Origin: Azolla caroliniana
Lineage: Eukaryota; Plantae; Polypodiophyta
Direction of reading: 5' to 3'
NCBI GenBank assembly: GCA_043228905.1
Contig: JBHGNT010000013.1
Location: forward strand, 6,882,001-6,946,000
Length of the DNA stretch: 64,000 nucleotides
Under the pieces are notes generated by a model. That model ran no database searches. It worked only from the letters and a program-made list of their open reading frames with translations, and was not told the DNA's origin. Of this stretch, positions 50,636 to 62,624 are shown piece by piece (within the stretch, counting starts at the first letter, position 1; every line of letters begins with the position of its first letter). Made by a program: the position numbers and the translations under genes.

Positions 50636-53600
50636 TGTGTTACCGGCCGGCAAGGAGTCCAAAATACGGAGTGAAGGAATTAATTAGATATGGTTGTAAA
50701 TGAGCATAGTGTGGACGGACGGACTGGAAACGGTATGCCGTTCCAGATCCGGACGGATCCCGAATAGGTGCGAGAGGCACCGTTTTGTACTACGGGCCGG
50801 AAACCTATTTAAAGGCCCGGACCCTATTGTAAGGATAGCGGATAATTAATACAGTTTATGATGTTTACACTTTTGTCTTGATTTCCGTTCTGCAATCACT
50901 GTTATATCTTACGCGTGTAATTAACCAAGCAATCTAATCGCATAACCTACGTAAGTTGGTGTAATCGTTGAATCTTAATCCTATGCCGTAATCACCCTTT
51001 GGTGAAGTGTCTCCGTGACACCTTGTGTTAGGCCTTGTCCGGCTAAGAGAATAACAGTGTCCGGAGGAGTTGAACGTGGCAGCCGACACTGCCGGTGAGC
51101 TGTGGCACAAGAGACTGTGCCACATGAGTGAGAAGGGGATGAAGAGGCTTGCAGAAGACAACCTTATTCCAGTGAAGCATGTGCACCTGGAGAAGTGCAC
51201 CGATTGCCTGGCCGGTAAGCAGAACCGAACCTCCTTCCACTCAAGGCCACCGACGAGACGTAGCGCACCATTGGAGTTGGTGCACACTGACGTGTGTCAA
51301 GTAGAAATGAAGTCACATGGCGGAGCCCAGTACTTCGTGACATTCATTGATGACCACAGCCGGAAGTTGTGGACGGCACCGTTGAAGACAAAGGACCAAG
51401 TGTTGTGCGTCTTCAAAGAACTCCACGCAAGAGTGGAAAGGGAATCCGGTAAGAAGCTGAAAGCGATACGAGCGGATAACGGAGGGGAATACCGGGGGCA
51501 GTTCGAGGAGTACTGTCGCTCGAAGGGAATCCGGCTCGAGTTTACTGTGCCGAAGATGCCGGAACTGAACGGGCTGGCCGAGAGGATGAACCGGACCATA
51601 ATGGAGAGGGTCCGGAGTATGCTGGCGCATGCGAAATTACCCAAGGGGTTTTGGGCTGAGGCAATGTCGACGGCGACATACGTGATAAACAGATCACCCT
51701 CAGTACCTTTGGACGGAGACACGCCGCAGAGAGTGTGGACCGGTAGGGAAGTATCCTACCGGCATCTGAAGGTGTTCGGGTGTCTCGCATATGTGCATGT
51801 GGCAAAGGACCGGAGAGGAAAGCTAGATCCAAAGACCCGGCCATGCATATTCCTCGGTTACGGCGATGACGAGTTCGGCTACCGAGTATGGGACCCGGTC
51901 GACAAAAAGATATTCCAGAGTCGTGATATCATCTTCATGGAGGACAAGACACTCGCCGACTGGGAGTCAGAGAAGAAGATGAAGAGCTCCAAGTCGACCG
52001 GTGAGGATCAACTCTACGAGGAGCAGTCCCGACCGGCAAGGGACCGGTTAGCACTCGAGGATCCGGCCGAAGACGGTGAAGAAACAGAACCGGCCGAGGA
52101 AGATGAAACTGATACCGGAACCGGCCCCGATCCCGGAATGGATTCGGATGAAGAGGAAACGGAGGAGCCGGTTACCGAAGCTCCGGAACGGAGATATCCT
52201 CTAAGAGAGTGAAGGGCCCCCCGGAGATTTCCGGAACCAGAGCACGTGCTGCTAACCGACGAGGGGGAGCCGGAGAGTTTTGAAGAAGCAAAGCTTGACA
52301 CCCATAGCCGCAGGTGGTTAAGTGCCATGAAGGAGGAGATGGATTCCCTGTATGAGAACCACACATATGAACTTGTGGAGTTGCCGAAAGGAAAGCGGGC
52401 ACTTCGAAACAAGTGGGTGTTCAAGCTGAAACCGGGAGATGCCGGAAACCCCCCAAGATACAAAGCCAGGATCGTGGTGAAGGGGTTCCAGCAGAAGAAG
52501 GGCGTCGACTTCGACGAGATATTTGCCCCGGTAGTGAAGATGACCTCCATCCGGACGGTGCTGAGCATAGCGGCAAGCATGGACCTCGAGGTAGAACAGA
52601 TGGACGTGAAGACGGCATTCCTTCACGGTGACCTCGAAGAAGAGATCTACATGCAGCAACCGGAAGGATTCGAGAAGAAAGGGAAGGAGCACTTGGTATG
52701 CCGGTTGAAGAAGAGCCTTTACGGACTGAAGCAGGCTCCCCGGCAATGGTACCGGAAGTTCGACTCTTTCATGACCGAGGAAGGGTACCACAAAACGCAG
52801 TCCGATCACTGCGTGTTTGTGAAGAAGTTCGAAGGAGGAGACTCTCTAATACTCCTCCTGTACGTGGACGACATGTTGATCGTCAGACGGGACCAGGTCA
52901 AGATACGGATGCTGAAGAAAGCGCTTCACCGAACCTTCTCAATGAAGGACCTGGGTTCGGCGAGGCAAATACTAGGGATGCACATCATCCGGGACCGGAA
53001 GAAGAAGCAGTTGTGGCTGTCACAGGAGAAGTACGTGACAAAGGTGCTTCACCGGTTCAACATGTCGGAAGCAAGACCGGTCGGGTCAACCCTCGGCAAA
53101 CTGCAAGTTGTTCAGCAAGCAAAGCCCCAAGACAAAGGCTGAGAAGGAGGACATGATGAAAGTACCATATGCCTCTGCCGTCGGAAGCTTGATGTACGCA
53201 ATGGTGTGTACAAGACCGGACATAGGATATGCAGTCGGAGTGGTGAGCCGGTACATGAGCAATCCCGGCAAAGAGCACTGGAACGCGGCCAAGTGGATAC
53301 TCCGATACCTGAAGGGCACGGCAAACGTGTGCCTCCGATTCAGCTCCGGTAAGCCCGAACTCGACGGCTTTACCGATTCGGATATGTCGGCTGATGCAGA
53401 TACCAGCCGGTCCACATCAGGGTATGTGATGACGTATGCAGGGGGAGCTGTTTCGTGGCAGTCGAGGCTGCAGAAGACGGTTGCGTTGTCAACCACGGAG
53501 GCGGAGTACATGGCGGCTGTTGAAGCCGGCAAGGAAATAATATGGATGAAGGACTTCATTAGAGAGCTCGGTATCCGGCAGGAGGAGTACCGACTCTACT

Positions 53601-56600
53601 GCGACAGTCAGAGTGCCATCCACCTTGCGAAGAACGCGGCCTATCACTCCCGGACGAAGCACATCCAGCGAAGATATCACTGGATCCGGGAAAGGATAGA
53701 AGACCAGGAGTTCGTGCTGACGAAGATCCACACGGACGAGAACGGGTCAGATATGCTGACCAAAGTGCTCACACCCGACAAGCTGGAAGCGTGCCGGAAG
53801 AGGGTCGGACTGGAAAGACATCCTATGCCGAAGTGAAGGGGGAGTTTGTTGGGATTACGGTCCCTCCGGATGGGATGGTCAGATGTCCGGGAATCGGGAA
53901 TGAAGACCCGAATGAGGAGTACCCGGTATCGGAACCGGATGATGAAGACCCGATTTCGGAACCGGATGATGAAGACCCGGTTACGGAACCGGATGATGAA
54001 GACCCGGTTTCGGAACCGGATGATGAATGTACCCGGACAGAGATCCGGATGCGAGGACATATTTGTGAATATGTTTGCCAAGGGCCCTCGAGGCTATATT
54101 TGTAAATAGCCCGAAAGTCATATGTGTATAAATATGACTTAGGGCAAACAGTTTGTTTTAGTTGTTGCTCATTTTTCTGTTTTCCACTTAGAGAGTGAGA
54201 GAGAGTGAGAGAGAAAGGAAGAGGTAGACGCCTCTGTGTAATACCGCCGCCTATGGCGAGGACAACGAGCTCAAGGTCGTCGCCTTGCAGCTTGCCATTG
54301 TACATTCCCTGCGTATAGTGATAGTTGGAGTCTTGCACTCCCGTGGTTTTTCCCGTCTAGGGTTTTCCACGCTAAACCCTGTGCATTCGAGTCTCTCTCT
54401 GTGTTTTTCGATTTACTGCTGCATTGATTCGTGTTTCCTCGGTTGTGGCCGAGAGGTGAAGGTTTTGGAAAGCGCCAATTCCTAACAGGTGCATGGGGCG
54501 GAGAAGTATGCATGGGATAAGTTTTGTTTAGGATATAATGTGATAGACTGTTGGAATGCACCTAACTTTCAAATGCAAAAAGAAAAATCTCTTCGATACT
54601 CTAGAGTAGGAGGAAGCGTGCATGGGAGGACAATGTCCAGGCTAGACAGATGGTATTTGGACCCTCGGCTCATGGATAGGAAAGGCAGATGCATTATTTG
54701 TCCGAGTACAATGTTCTCAGATCATGCCCAGTTTTGTTGCACATACAAGAAAACAATCGATGCAAGCCACATAATGTGAAGGTGAGCAAGGAATTGGTTA
54801 TGGATACTAAATGGACCGATGATATACAGAAAATATGGTCTAATATCAAATGGAGGTACCTTGACCCTGCTCATATGCTAGGCTGGGAAACTTGAGGAAT
54901 GGGCAGGCTTTTTTCGACAAAAAGTTATTGAAATTAGAAAAGAGATAAGGGAGAAAATGTAGAGAATGCAATGGTCACTCACTTCTATGCAACGACTAAG
55001 AGAATTACACCCACATAATGTATGGATTGAGGCTCGACTAGAGGAGGCCAAAAGCAAATTAGAGATGTACCAAAAACTTAGGAGTATCTATGCCTATCGA
55101 AGTAAGGCAACAAGCTGGATTAGGGTAGGAGATCGGGTTACTAAAGGATTTTTTGAAGCTGTTAAATGCAAAGAATCTAGGATTCAACCTTCATGTTTAA
55201 AAAAGACAGATGGCACAATGACGACATGCAAAGAGGAAATGCTTGAAATAGCCACAAGCTATTATACTCAACTACTAAATGTATGCAATGAGAAATTGAT
55301 TGATCAGGTTGCCTTTAGAAATATAATAAATAGGATACCAAGGAAAGTTACAGCTCAGATGATGGACCGACTAAATACCCCAATAGGTATGCATGAATTG
55401 TGGGATGCTATTGGTGATATGAACAAACAAAGCTGTGCAGGAATTGATGGACTTCCTATATTCTTTTACATCAAAGATTGGGATCTAATTAAGGATGACA
55501 TGTTGGCAGGGATGCAATACATTATGGTGGAAGGATTAATGCCCACAACAATGTGTAGAGGCATGATTTATTTAATACCCAAGGTTGGTAAAGACCTAAC
55601 AACGCTTGATAATTGGCGACCATTGACGATTCTCACAAATGCTTATAAGATAATGGCCAAAGTTGTAAGTAAGAGATTGAAAATGGTATTTGGGGACATT
55701 ATACATACAACACAAACTGGCTTCCTGGAGAACCGGAGCATTGTTGACAATGTGATAACATTTTGGGAATACTTAGCATGTGCGGAGGAGCAAGAAGTGG
55801 ACCTAGCAGTAATGCTACTCGACTTTGAAAAAGCATATGACCAGATTTCATGGGATTTCCTAGAAGCAGTGATGGCAGTCCTAGGCTTTGAACAACAGTG
55901 GATCCTTGGAATGGGTGCCTTTTACAGAGGAACATCCAGCCAGGTTTTGATGGCTTGAAGTATGGGGAAGAGCTTTAAGATCCTACGTTCGGTATGCCAA
56001 GGATGCCCATTGGCCTCATACTTATACATCATTGCAAAAGAAGCTTTGCATTATCGAATTGCTGATAGATCTTGGCAAATAGAAGGCCTTACCTTGCTCG
56101 ATGATGAAGGTATGGTGCTTGATACGGCATATGTTGATGACACAATGAACTATTGCAAAGGTGATGCGCACAACTTGGGGAGATTGCAAAATGCAATTGA
56201 TGAGTTTTGTAGGGAATCATATGCTAAAATAAATTGGAATAAATCAGTGGGCATTTGGATCAGTAATAAGCCCATGTTAAATTGGATCCCCCACCCCAAT
56301 TTTAGATGGTTGAGGAAAGGAGAAGCTACTAGATACTTGGGCTTCAAAATTGGTATAGACATTGATCGAGCAGAACACTACAATCTACTATTGGACAAAA
56401 TAAAACCGAAGCTAATATGGTGGAATGCAAGAAAACTATCCTTTGCGGGCAAGATTGTGATTGCAAATCAGATTCTAATGGCCACTATATGGCATACTAC
56501 TGCACGCTGAATAATTGTGCCCAAGTTGATGAAATTGATAAAAAGGATTATCAAAAATTTCTTATGGGGGGGCACAGAGGAAAAACATGCATGTGCAAAG

Positions 56601-58596
56601 GTTGCTTGGACCACGCTTATAAAAAGGAAAAGGGAAGGGGGGGGTAGGATTGATAGATCCCGTGGTGCAAACGAAGGCCTTGCTAGGCAAACTAGTGGTC
56701 AGGAGCTTACAAACTCCTGAGGCACCATGGAAAGTTCTATGGCGATGTAGATGGAAGATGTGGTTGCCGAGACAAGGTGGATGTTGGCCAAACAACCCAT
56801 TTTGGGGCTTTGTGCCAGAAATGAGACCCAAATATTGGGGAAGTATGTAGAGTTTATGTGCTATTGGAATTATGAAAGCATGGCAAGAAATCAGAAAGGG
56901 GATCACATGTAGGTAGAGAAATGATGCATATGCTCGGATGTACATGCCAATTGTGTGGAACCCATTGATTAGAGATGTGGATGGGCTGATGATAGGACAA
57001 AAAGCAAGTTTCAAATGGGTTGAGTTAATCAATGCCCAAGGGAATGCATTAGTGGAGTGGGAGAGGTTTTTGTCCAATGAGGTGGGCACTCAGAAGGCTA
57101 GAATATGGAGAATAAGCAGGGGTAAAGGCATGCTCAAGAGAATTACAGATGCCATTGCATGCTACAGGAATACCTTGGAAGAGAAAGAAGTAATAACCTC
57201 TGAAATTGCGTGGACATGACTTATAGATGTTGAGAACTGTTTAATTGGCATTAAGGGAATGAAAGTAGAATCAAATGAGGTATGCTACTACAAACTAGAG
57301 CATGGGATGGTAAGAGATGAGCAACCAACCTTTCAAAGAGAAAGGCCGATTAGGTTGATAGCAAAAAATGGAAAGAATATGATTATTGACCCTAAGGCAA
57401 GGGAGATCACACTAGCGACAGTGTATTGGCCTATAGAAGGGCACTTGGATCAGCTATCATGGGACCCATCGATGTATTTTTGGAGAATTCAAGGACGAAC
57501 TAATGGGGCAAAACTGGTTCAATTTTTAAGGTACAACATGAAGATTGGGAGGCAAAATATTCTAGAACAAGAACACGACAAGATTGTGGCAAAGAAATTT
57601 AGGATACAGGAGGGCATTAGTGAAATGAGACCAGATAAATTCTGGAAAATGATATGGCATGACAAATATGACCGCAAGATAATGATGTGTTTATGGCTTA
57701 TTGCACATAGAGCCTTGCCGGTAGGGAGGTGGGGTAAAGGCCCCAATGTAGACCCTAGATGTATTGCATATGGACAGATAGAAAGCATTTCCCATTGTCT
57801 ATGGGAATGTCGCGAGATAGTTGTATGGGGAAGGACACTACGTTTTCTTTGCCATGCCTCTAGTTCTTTCACCCTCAACTGGGGACATGCTTGCTGGAAA
57901 TGTCTTGAGGATGATGTGGCAAAATACGATAGCACATGCAATGCTAAGTATAGAGGGGAGAATGGCACGGTTCGGCTAATCACTAACAATAGGGTACCTA
58001 CAACTTATGCACAAAATCAAAAACTTGGAGAGATCTTTGGACGTTGCTTGCCCCCATTACCATATGGTGTGTATGGACAACAAGGTGTACCAGGGTATTT
58101 TTAGCACAGAAACGCCCTCCAGCTGAATCGATTAAGCTAATTTGGCACACATTAATAACTACACTAAGAGCTGAATATGAGCAGATTGTTGGTACTGATG
58201 ATGCTGCAGAATTAATGAGGCTGAATTTTCGAAAGCGGTGGTGTACTACACCGATGGCCCATATGGTTGTTCCCCCCTCCCATTAGTTGAACGAGGGGTG
58301 TGAAAGGATGGCATGTGGGATAGTGAATGTAGGTGATGTGTATGAAAGGATGGCTAGAGACATATGTGAAAATGTAAGATAAATAAGCGAGATCTATAGT
58401 CTAGGCAAGGCCTACCCATGAAAGGGATCAAGTTTGTGTATATTTTAACTAATGGAGTATATTCTTCTTTGGAAAAAAATAATCTGATGCACTTCATTCT
58501 CCAACCCAATTCTTTATATATTGCACCCATTTGGAACACAAAGTTTTGATTTAATATATATTTTGAATGTTTTCACCTCTATAAAACTCTAGGAAG

Positions 58597-58958
58597 TGTC
58601 ATGAAAACATACATTTTGGCCTTACAAGGATTCAAGCCCAAGACGTCTTGGTCTATATGTTAGACCTTTAACCATTATAATAACATATATGATGTATAGT
58701 TATAATAAATGTATTATTACTTATTACAAGATATTTAGAGTATTCTAGAACATTCTAGGATATTCCATGATTATATTAAATATCATAAATATCTAAAATA
58801 TTCTAGAACATTCTAGAATACTCCATAAGGACCTATAAATAGGTGTCTATTCATTCATCACAACTCATTCGGTTCAACAGCAATTTGTAGCCCTTTAGCC
58901 TACTTTTTGAAATCCTTGCTCTCTCTTATAATATAAACTCTCTTTCCATTTCTAGTGT

Positions 58959-58989
<31 letters not shown>

Positions 58990-61900
58990 ACCTTCTATCG
59001 TTATCTTATCTTTCTCTCTCCTATTCTCAAGTTTCGATAGTTTGAACCGAATCTCTCTCTTTTCTTCTTCTCCAACTTCTTCTTCTTATCTTAACCTTAT
59101 TTCAAGCAAATCTAGCAATTTTCTCTCGTAACTATGGAGTCCATCAGCAAGCAAGAATATATGCGTGTTCTCTCCGAGCTCGACATGCTGACAACCAAAT
59201 TCATGGCACTGGAGCATGAAAATCAAAGATTGATGGGAAACCTACAACAAGTAAGTGTTGAGAAAGTACAACAATATGAAGAATGATCTCAACGGGTGCA
59301 TCAATTGGAGACTACTCTATTGCAACAACAAGCGGCGGAAGTTAAAACCTCGCTGAAGGAACCCAAGATTAGTCTGCCGGCCAAGTTTGATGGTACAAGG
59401 TCTCCATTTCATGGATTTTTAAATCAGGTACGGCTTGTGATTAAATTGCATCCTAGCCGTTACCCAACTGATGTTGCTCGTGTGGGACTAGTTAGCACCT
59501 TGTTAACGGGTACCGCATTAGCGTGGTTTGCACCACTCCTAGAGAAGCACTCACCATTCTTAGAAGATTTTGAAGGTTTTATTAATGAGTTCCAAGCCAA
59601 CTTTGGAGACACCAATAGTATGAGGACCGCAATAAACAAAATTTGGCGATTACGACAAGGAGATCGTCCTGCTTTTGCTTATGCTGTAGATTTTCATCTT
59701 CTAGCATGTGATATTCCATGGGACGAGGCGGCATTAATGGACCAATTTTGTCAAGGTCTGCGCAATGAGGTGAAGGATTTACTTCTTACCTTCCATGATG
59801 ATCCAAAATCTCTTATTGAAGCAGTAAGTTGGGCCGTGCGATGTGACAATCGCTTATTTGAGCGACGTTTTGAGCGCCAACAAATGTTACGCTTCCGACC
59901 AACAGAAACATATGCTTCGGTGGTTGCAACTCCACCCCAAGTATCAAAGTCAAGTGTGGTGGAAGGACCTACTCCAATGGAAATCGAGACAACACGACGT
60001 CGAGGACCATTATCGGATGCTGAAAAGCAACGACGGCGAGCGAATCGTCTATGCCTCTATTGTGGTGGTCCAGGGCATATTGTTGTGAATTGTCCACATA
60101 AACCACGACGACAAGTTAACCAAGTAAGTGCTCATGACAATCCCATCTCAATTTCTGCCCCTCCTTCTCGTAACCCAAGTAGGCCTAGTAGTCCTTGTCA
60201 TAAAAATACATTTGATGTCTTGAACCAATTAGATGATGTGTTAAATGAGTAAGTCCGGCCAAAATCGGAGCCATTTGGTTGGATAGCCCTAGGCATGTAA
60301 CGTTCGTACCTAGTTGTGGTTCCATTTCATCCGGTCAAGTTAGTCGAGTTTTCTCTGCACAAGTTGAGCTTAACACATCTAGGTGCCATCGAGTCCCAAC
60401 TTCTGCCCTCTTAGACTCTAGAGCCAACTCTTGTTTCATGGATTGTGAGTTTGCTATAATGCATAATATTCAGTTGCATAAGCTCCCAAGCCCAGTGTCT
60501 GTGGGGAGTCATTGATGGACGCCCCATAACATCAGGTGATATAGTTGAAGAGTCTGAACCAATTCGTGTAGTCCTAGGCAATTTGGCTAGTGCCATCTCA
60601 TTCAACATCATTAGTAGTCCAGAGCACTCCCTAGTTCTTGGTCTTCCATGGTTTGAGCTACATAACCCAACTATTGATTGGAGAAAAAGAACCATTGAAG
60701 AGGTCACAATACAGTTTGAGTCTCTTAAAACTTCAACAAAGGATATGACATTCCAAAAGATTTCGACAATCTCTATACATCAGTTACGTGAGGAAGGACG
60801 GAAGGAAGACATGTTGGTGTTCGTAGTTTTAGCAACTCCCACATCGAGCTCACAAGAATCGGGGGTCCAACTACCGAAGAAATATATAGAATTCTCCAAT
60901 GTGTTTGATAAGGTGTAGGCCAATAGACTACTAGACCATCGACCATATGATTGCTTGATTGATTTGCAGCCCGAAAAAGAGCCTCCATGGGGGCCAATTT
61001 ATAACCTTTTGCCCACAGAGCTAGAGGTTCTTCGAGAATATATCGATGAGAACTTGGCGAATGGGTTTATCCAACATTCAAGATCTCCTGCCGGCGCACC
61101 CATATTTTTCGTTAAGAAGAAAGATGGTTCGCTTTGTCAGGTCGTGGATTATCAAGGATTGAATTTAAAGTAACTATTCGAAACCGATATGCTCTACCAT
61201 TGATTTTGAGCCTTGTGGAACGCCTCGGTGGAGCTAAGTATTTCACAAAGTTAGATCTTCGAGGTGCTTACAATCTTGTTTGAAGTCTTCCTAGGGATTA
61301 ATGGAAGACTGCTTTCCGTACTCGCTATGGCCATTTTGAGTATACAGTGGTGCCATTTGGTCTCACGAATGCACCAACAGTTTTCCAACATATGGCGAAT
61401 GCCATTTTTTGAGTTTTCCTCGATATTTTCGTCATAGTTTACCTGAATGATATCTTGATCTACTCAAAAACTCAAGAGGATCATGATATACACGTTCGAC
61501 AAGCTTTGCAACGGTTGCGTGAATATGGTCTCTATGAAAAATTGGAGAAGTGCAGTTTCGACCAACATCAAGTGGAATTTTTGGGGTACATAGTCTCTTC
61601 ACATGGCATCTCTATGGATCCAGCAAAGGTTCAAACAGTTTTGGATTGGCAAACACCACAGTTTGTACGAGATGTACAATGTTTTTTGGGGTTCGCAAAC
61701 TTTTATCGCAAGTTCATCAAAGATTATTCAAAGATCGTATTGCCCCTCACTCAACTGACACAAAAGAATCGACCATTTGTGTGGAGTATAAATGCAAACT
61801 CTGCATTTGAAGGATTAAAGCAAGCATTTACATCTGCACCAATTTTGATGCATGTTGATCCATTGAAGCGCTTTATACTCGAAGTTGATGCATCCGACTT

Positions 61901-62624
61901 CGCACTAGGAAGTGTATTATCCCAGATTAGCAATGATGGCCAACTACACCCTGTGGCTTTTCATTCATGGAAATTCAAAGCTGCAGAAATCAACTATGAG
62001 ATTCACGACAAAGAACTTCTTGCCATTGTGGATTCTTTTCAACAATGGTGTCATTTTTTGGAGGGTTCGTCTCAACAAATCCTTGTCTATAATGATCACA
62101 AAAATCTAACGTACTTCTAAAGTGCTCGAGTCTTGAGTCGTCGACAAGCTCGTTGGGTGCAGTGCTTAACTCGTTTTAATTTCGTAATTCTATATTGCCC
62201 TGGGACGCAACAAGGAAAAGCACGTGCTTTATCTTGGCGTTCGTATATGGAACTTCAACCAGGGGAGGCTACATTTGAAAGTCAGAAGTTCATATCTTGG
62301 GTCCTAACCGTCTACGACTAATGGCATTTCATGCTATAGACACACTTGGGGATTCAAGTCTTCTAGACTCCATTCGAGAGCATATTGAGACTGATGAATT
62401 CGCCCAAGACATTCTGAACCATATTATCCTAGATCGTGCTTCTTGTTTACAATCTCAAAATCCTCGTCAAGACTACAACCAATTCAATGGGCATGATGGT
62501 TTACTTTTTCGACAAAATCTCTTATATGTGCCTGATGGTCCTTCTCGACTCCAAGTCTTGCAACAATGTCATGACACACCAATGGCTTGACATTGTGGCA
62601 TCCACAAGACTTTGGTGTTAATTT
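58597..62624 (+). mobile_element. Tcn1-like chromovirus #2, degenerate: 5' LTR 58597-59039, gag about 59134-60252, PR-RT-RH remnants; interrupted by element C
   Basis: LTR starts TGTCATG like 27132. Gag EPKISLPAKFDG..CLYCGGPGHIVVNC. Pol is homologous to 27699-29510 with many stops. Self-priming PBS at 59042-59052. Confidence 0.92.

Larger units (their letters stand above)
41178..51056 (+). mobile_element. Non-chromovirus Ty3/gypsy element B, full length: LTRs 41178-41596 and 50638-51056, PBS 41603-41613
   Basis: TSD GTGTC/GTGTC, 419-bp TG...CA LTRs differing at 2 positions, PBS TGGCGACCACG. Confidence 0.97.
32117..54487 (+). mobile_element. Ty1/copia #3 (Tnt1/Tork-like): LTRs 32117-32792 and 53847-54487; coding pieces 32824-32897, 39950-41177, 51057-53836; hosts two gypsy insertions
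   Basis: TSD GGTGC/GGTGC, PBS 32796-32807, PPT GAAGGGGGAG. Gag zinc knuckle, PR WVVDSGAS, INT VHTDVC..DNGGEY..AERMNRT, RT YVDDM, RH TKHIQRRYH. Stops at 32871 and 52210, frameshift near 53095. Confidence 0.96.
31608..58286 (+). pseudogene. LINE ORF2 (APE endonuclease-RT-zf-RVT), degenerate; pieces 31608-32116 and 54488-58286
   Basis: MNLSLLTWNIQG, LNIYA, WIIGGDFN, SRLDRWY, FSDH, WRPLTIL, LLDFEKAYD, QGCPLA, YVDD, RYLG, ESISHCLWEC. Confidence 0.9.
25591..58482 (+). mobile_element. Full-length L1-type LINE (about 6.4 kb after removing nested insertions), in three pieces: 25591-27131, 31221-32116, 54488-58482
   Basis: 14-bp TSD TCTGATGCACTTCA at 25577-25590 and 58483-58496, short A tail, ORF1 and ORF2 remnants in the expected order. 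Confidence 0.9.
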
